Shown here: one piece after another, positions 41,325 to 45,014 of the stretch
Layout: each line of letters opens with the position of its first letter
Position numbering within the stretch: the stretch's first letter is position 1
Source: Parcubacteria group bacterium Gr01-1014_13
GTDB lineage: Bacteria > Patescibacteriota > Patescibacteriia > Magasanikbacterales > GWA2-37-8
Length of the DNA: 45,014 nucleotides
Assembly (NCBI GenBank): GCA_007376295.1
Contig: VMGB01000003.1
Span: 137,106-182,119 of the forward strand
Reading direction: 5' to 3'
Program-made: the position numbers and the translations under genes
The notes under the pieces: model-generated
Told to the model about the DNA's origin: nothing
The model's input: only the letters and a program-made list of their open reading frames with translations
Database searches by the model: none

Positions 41325-44300
41325 TTAATTCTTCTTCAACCTAACATCAACGGTAAGAACATCGGCATCTTTACCTTCCAAATCAATAATATCGGTTTTT
41401 TGAGGATGATACGCTTTATGTTCATAAGTTATATAGTACTTAGAATCCCCGGCCATAAAGTAATACTTACCGTCAGCATCGGTAATTTGGGTATCTACTA
41501 ATTTATTAAATTGAGAGTTGAATAATCTGGCAATAACTCTGCCAATCGGCGCTTTGTTGGTATCGTCGGAAATAATACCCCAATTTTTTGGTTTGGGCGG
41601 TAAGGCCAATCTGCGGAAAATAAAGAAAAATACAATATGCACACCGAGCAAGGCCGCAATGTACCATTTAGGGGATATATATAAGGAAGCGGCCGTGATA
41701 AAAATACCGCTCCAAGAAATCACCACTTGCAATCTGCGGGCAATTTTTTCCCAAACCAAACGGGCAGGTTTTTTTTGCGCTCCCATCGGATCAAGCGGCA
41801 CGCTGGCTGTAATACTTGCCGGCTTGAGCACTTCTATTGCCTCACCATGATAAATATCGACTTTCTGGCCATCGCCTTTATATCCTTCTAAAAATTTTGA
41901 TGGGAAAATAAAATTATTTTTCTGCACTTCCAATCTATATTTCCCCGGATTAACCATAAATATAAAGCGGCCTTTTCCATCCGTAACTTTGGACTGGACT
42001 ACTCTGTTAGTTTCCAAATTAATCAAACGCACCGTGGCTAAATCAACTGGTAATTTATTTAAAGCATTATAAACCAAACCCCATTTTGCTCTTTTTCTCC
42101 ATCCCAACAACATCAGTGGCTGGAGGAACAATAAACGCAAGAAAGGCAAAAAGTCTAACCAAGAAATCAAGGGTATGGCCCCGGCCAATACTACTGTAAT
42201 GGCTGTGGGCGCCACCACTTGCTGATTCACTTTTTGCACTTCCGGATCGGATGCGGCATCCTGAATTTTTTGAACAGTTATATCGGTTAACACTTTTGTT
42301 TGCTCAGTCAAAGATTTGACAATATTTACCACATTTTCCTGAATCGTTGCCTCCGGGTCAATTTCCAAAATAATTTTTTTCGGCTGGGCGATTAAAATTA
42401 TCTTAGAATTAATTACATTATTATCAACATCACTTATATTTATAGACCGGCTATAGTAACCATCTTTATACAAATCAATCCTAAAATCTTTATTCGGCAC
42501 GAGCCAGCCAAAACTGCCGTTAGCATCGGATATAATTGGGTTGATTTGCCCATAAAAACCCATATTCACGGCCGTTCCATTTGTTTCCAAAAGCATAACT
42601 TCCACACCGGAAACCGACAGACCCTTACCGTCTACTACTTGCCCCCAAGGCAAGCTGTTTAATTTAAAACCAACGGAATCCATCTGGCCGGAATCATAAT
42701 CGATTTCCACGTAGGACTGTAAAACACCGACGCTACCAAAAGATATGTCGGCATAGTACATTTTGTCGGCTACATTATAAACAAACTGATGTTGATCTGT
42801 ATCGCCCACCCGAAGTACCATAGTTTTTGGCGCGCTCGCCAAAACTTTTTCCCCAATAGCCACGGTTAAATTCGCTCCCGACAAGCCAGTCACCTGTTCA
42901 CCGACTGGGATAAGTTTTATCTGCCGATTGCCAGCCAAAAGATTCAAATCGCTCAAATTTATTTTTGCAAAATCCGGCACAGTTGGTTCAGGCGGATCGT
43001 ATTCGTCATTATCATCCGCATTATCACAACCCGGATCAACTGGAAAATCTGTCTTTCCGTCATTATCATCATCCAAGCCGTTTCTGCATACAGGCACCGA
43101 GACCACACAGCCACTAAAACCAGTACAAGCGCTGTCCGCGCAATCTACTTTTCCGTTAAAATCATCATCAGCACCGTTATTACAAATTTCCGGACCAATA
43201 GAAGTGCTGGTGGGAGGAGGAACAACATTACATTCCGGCAGACTGGCGCAAGCGCTGTCCGCGCAATCTATCTGACCATTATTATTGTCGTCAAAACCAT
43301 TTCCACAAATTTCGGCGGGTGGAGGAGTGGGAGAAGACACAAGTCTGCCGCTTTTAAAGTTACCCGGACTACTATTATTGGATGTATCAAAAGAAAAAAT
43401 TGTATAGAAATAATCAATATTGACCAAAACATTGGTATCGGTAAAATTTTCGCCAGTGCCAGTATACACAGTCGTGCCATCATTTGGGTTTGCAGACGCC
43501 GAACCAACTTTCCTGACAATTTTTATTTGAGTAAAATCAGGTGTTCCGGATAAACTTGGATTTATCCATGACAAAACAATAGAGTTGCTAGTGGTAGTGA
43601 GAACAAAATTGGAAACATCCGGGGGCGGAACATTATCGGGAGCAGTAGTAAAAGTACTGTCGGAAGTATTACGGCTATTACCCGAGCTGTCGGTGGAAAT
43701 AATCTGAAAATGATAGAGTGTATTGGCAGTTAAATTTGATAGAAGGGCGCTATGTGCCAAAGTCCCGGCCGAATCAAAATAATTAGTGCCATAAGCACTT
43801 GTTAGACCATAATTTATTTGGCTATCGGACAGTTCATTTGTATTCCACTTTATACTGGAGGTAGTGATCCCGGTCGCCACTTGTACATTACTTATGATTG
43901 GCGGGGTAATATCCGGAGGCTCCGGCGACGTAGAAAAAGTGCCGGTAAATTCAGTGGTCTGCGGTTTGGTATCAATAACCGAAATTTTAAAAAAATATAG
44001 AGTGCCGGTGGCCAAGCCGGATAAATCTGTTCTATAATTTCCGGTTACTACTCCGGAACTGCCATAACTATTAGTGAGTCCATAAACAAAAGCTGAACTT
44101 GATACAGCCAGATCATCGGTGGCGCTCCAAGTTACGGTGGCAGTCGTAAACGAAGTGGAAGATGCCACGGCAAAAATTACCGGTGGCACGTCAGAACCAC
44201 CGGGGCCGCCACCGGTGCCGCCGCCGCCTTGACTGCCGGGAGCTGGTACATTCACATCAACAGTTACTCCTTGATTTACTTCAGCAGCCTGCGTATAAAA

Positions 44301-44366
44301 CCAAAAAAACCCGCTACAGATAATAGCTATGATAAATATAATTAATTTTTTTAATCGTGAAGTCAT
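41325..44366 (-). CDS. 1013-aa multidomain envelope protein: signal/anchor, 3 FN3-like repeats, 3 Cys/Asp-rich metal-binding-like repeats, CarboxypepD_reg-like beta-sandwiches and internal TM segments
   Basis: There are three repeats of about 90 aa (e.g. ...TWSATDD...YGLT.SYG...TLYFFKI). There are three C-x-NG-x-DDD-x-[ND]G-x-[IV]DC-x-DS-x-C repeats. It also has DGKG/DADGKY...Y beta-sandwich signatures and hydrophobic helices at about residues 700-740 and 860-900. Confidence 0.75.
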   Translation of the reverse strand: MTSRLKKLIIFIIAIICSGFFWFYTQAAEVNQGVTVDVNVPAPGSQGGGGTGGGPGGSDVPPVIFAVASSTSFTTATVTWSATDDLAVSSSAFVYGLTNSYGSSGVVTGNYRTDLSGLATGTLYFFKISVIDTKPQTTEFTGTFSTSPEPPDITPPIISNVQVATGITTSSIKWNTNELSDSQINYGLTSAYGTNYFDSAGTLAHSALLSNLTANTLYHFQIISTDSSGNSRNTSDSTFTTAPDNVPPPDVSNFVLTTTSNSIVLSWINPSLSGTPDFTQIKIVRKVGSASANPNDGTTVYTGTGENFTDTNVLVNIDYFYTIFSFDTSNNSSPGNFKSGRLVSSPTPPPAEICGNGFDDNNNGQIDCADSACASLPECNVVPPPTSTSIGPEICNNGADDDFNGKVDCADSACTGFSGCVVSVPVCRNGLDDDNDGKTDFPVDPGCDNADDNDEYDPPEPTVPDFAKINLSDLNLLAGNRQIKLIPVGEQVTGLSGANLTVAIGEKVLASAPKTMVLRVGDTDQHQFVYNVADKMYYADISFGSVGVLQSYVEIDYDSGQMDSVGFKLNSLPWGQVVDGKGLSVSGVEVMLLETNGTAVNMGFYGQINPIISDANGSFGWLVPNKDFRIDLYKDGYYSRSINISDVDNNVINSKIILIAQPKKIILEIDPEATIQENVVNIVKSLTEQTKVLTDITVQKIQDAASDPEVQKVNQQVVAPTAITVVLAGAIPLISWLDFLPFLRLLFLQPLMLLGWRKRAKWGLVYNALNKLPVDLATVRLINLETNRVVQSKVTDGKGRFIFMVNPGKYRLEVQKNNFIFPSKFLEGYKGDGQKVDIYHGEAIEVLKPASITASVPLDPMGAQKKPARLVWEKIARRLQVVISWSGIFITAASLYISPKWYIAALLGVHIVFFFIFRRLALPPKPKNWGIISDDTNKAPIGRVIARLFNSQFNKLVDTQITDADGKYYFMAGDSKYYITYEHKAYHPQKTDIIDLEGKDADVLTVDVRLKKN

Positions 44367-44377
44367 GAGTTGGTTTT

Positions 44378-45014
44378 TTATGGTGTGACGAGTGTACTCG
44401 AACTGCTATCGCTAGAAGAATCTACAACATCAACAGTAGTGGTAGAAGCATCCGGTTCAACTGTAGTTACCAAAGGAGTGGTGGTGGAAGTTTCAATAGT
44501 ACTGGTAGTGTCTTGGGAATTTCCGACACTAATATCAACTACAATATCTTCCACCACGCCCGCATCTGCCGTGGCTGGCGCAGAATCTGCTTGCCCCGCA
44601 TTTGTGGCGGGTGACAATATTTTGGCCATCACGGTCCAATCAAACTCGGCATTGCTCTGACCATTATCGTTTTCTTTCAGCACAAAGCTATCATAACTTC
44701 TTTCAGCTATGTAAACTCCCTTGGTCTCGCCGGACATGTTGAAAAATATCTTCAGCGGCACCGTCGTATCAATAATCGCCTGATCCAGCTCGGCAAGAAT
44801 GACTTTTTTGGTTCCGTTTTCCAAGGTGCTGGTGCCGGAAATTACGATTTCTTGTTTGCCCGAACTTTGCAGACCGTAAATTTCTTTGTCGCCTTTTTCG
44901 GTGGCGATTTTTTGAATTAAGTTGCCGTCTTCGTCAATTCTCCATTTGTTGTCTTTGCCGATAATGGTGGCCACATTGATAATGGAATTAAAATTTAAAT
45001 CAAGATCATTGGCC
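44378..45014 (-). CDS. hypothetical secreted/surface protein with a Ser/Thr-rich C-terminal tail; N-terminus outside the window
   Basis: The frame stays open upstream of the track's GTG all the way to position 45014 (ANDLDLNFNSIINVATIIGK...). It ends 11 nt before the 1013-aa gene, so co-transcription is likely. Confidence 0.55.
   Translation of the reverse strand, partial: ANDLDLNFNSIINVATIIGKDNKWRIDEDGNLIQKIATEKGDKEIYGLQSSGKQEIVISGTSTLENGTKKVILAELDQAIIDTTVPLKIFFNMSGETKGVYIAERSYDSFVLKENDNGQSNAEFDWTVMAKILSPATNAGQADSAPATADAGVVEDIVVDISVGNSQDTTSTIETSTTTPLVTTVEPDASTTTVDVVDSSSDSSSSTLVTP

Noticed and set aside
1-45014. CRISPR arrays, rRNA genes, intact prophage or integrase genes
   Set aside because: I saw no regularly spaced direct repeats, no rRNA-like conserved stretches, and no recombinase or integrase ORFs. 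All intergenic regions are shorter than about 200 nt, except the 675-nt IS30-relic region.

Overview
Gene-dense, low-GC bacterial window that looks like a reduced Patescibacteria/CPR-type genome, though no rRNA is present to confirm this. The core content falls into five groups. (1) All three UvrABC excision-repair genes lie within 9 kb, each with a visible domain loss. (2) gyrA, a truncated RelA/SpoT homolog and parB-parA. (3) tRNA-Leu(CAA) and asnS. (4) recO, ruvX and map. (5) A long tuf-S10-spc ribosomal operon (rpsJ to rplO, secY, adk) on the minus strand, with no L30 gene and an interrupted rplC. Between these core genes sit about 10 small accessory islands. They are visibly higher in GC, carry strong GGAGG-type Shine-Dalgarno sites that the core genes lack, and have their own TTGACA-N17 promoters and hairpin terminators. 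The candidates most worth follow-up are listed here. (a) An ADP-ribosylglycohydrolase gene bracketed by two paralogous membrane-protein cassettes that share a 25-bp palindromic double -35 element, a 5'UTR and a terminator. (b) A solitary MazF/PemK-like toxin gene inserted between adk and map inside the ribosomal operon, facing a convergent promoter-plus-terminator small-RNA candidate. (c) A GTG-started, translationally coupled orphan two-gene operon between the NER genes. (d) A sharply GC3-rich orphan gene between gyrA and rel that is driven by a host-type promoter. (e) A region holding an IS30 transposase relic, a metzincin lipoprotein and a 1013-aa surface protein. No CRISPR array, rRNA gene or intact mobile element was seen. 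All functional calls rest on reading the translated sequences by eye; no database search was possible.
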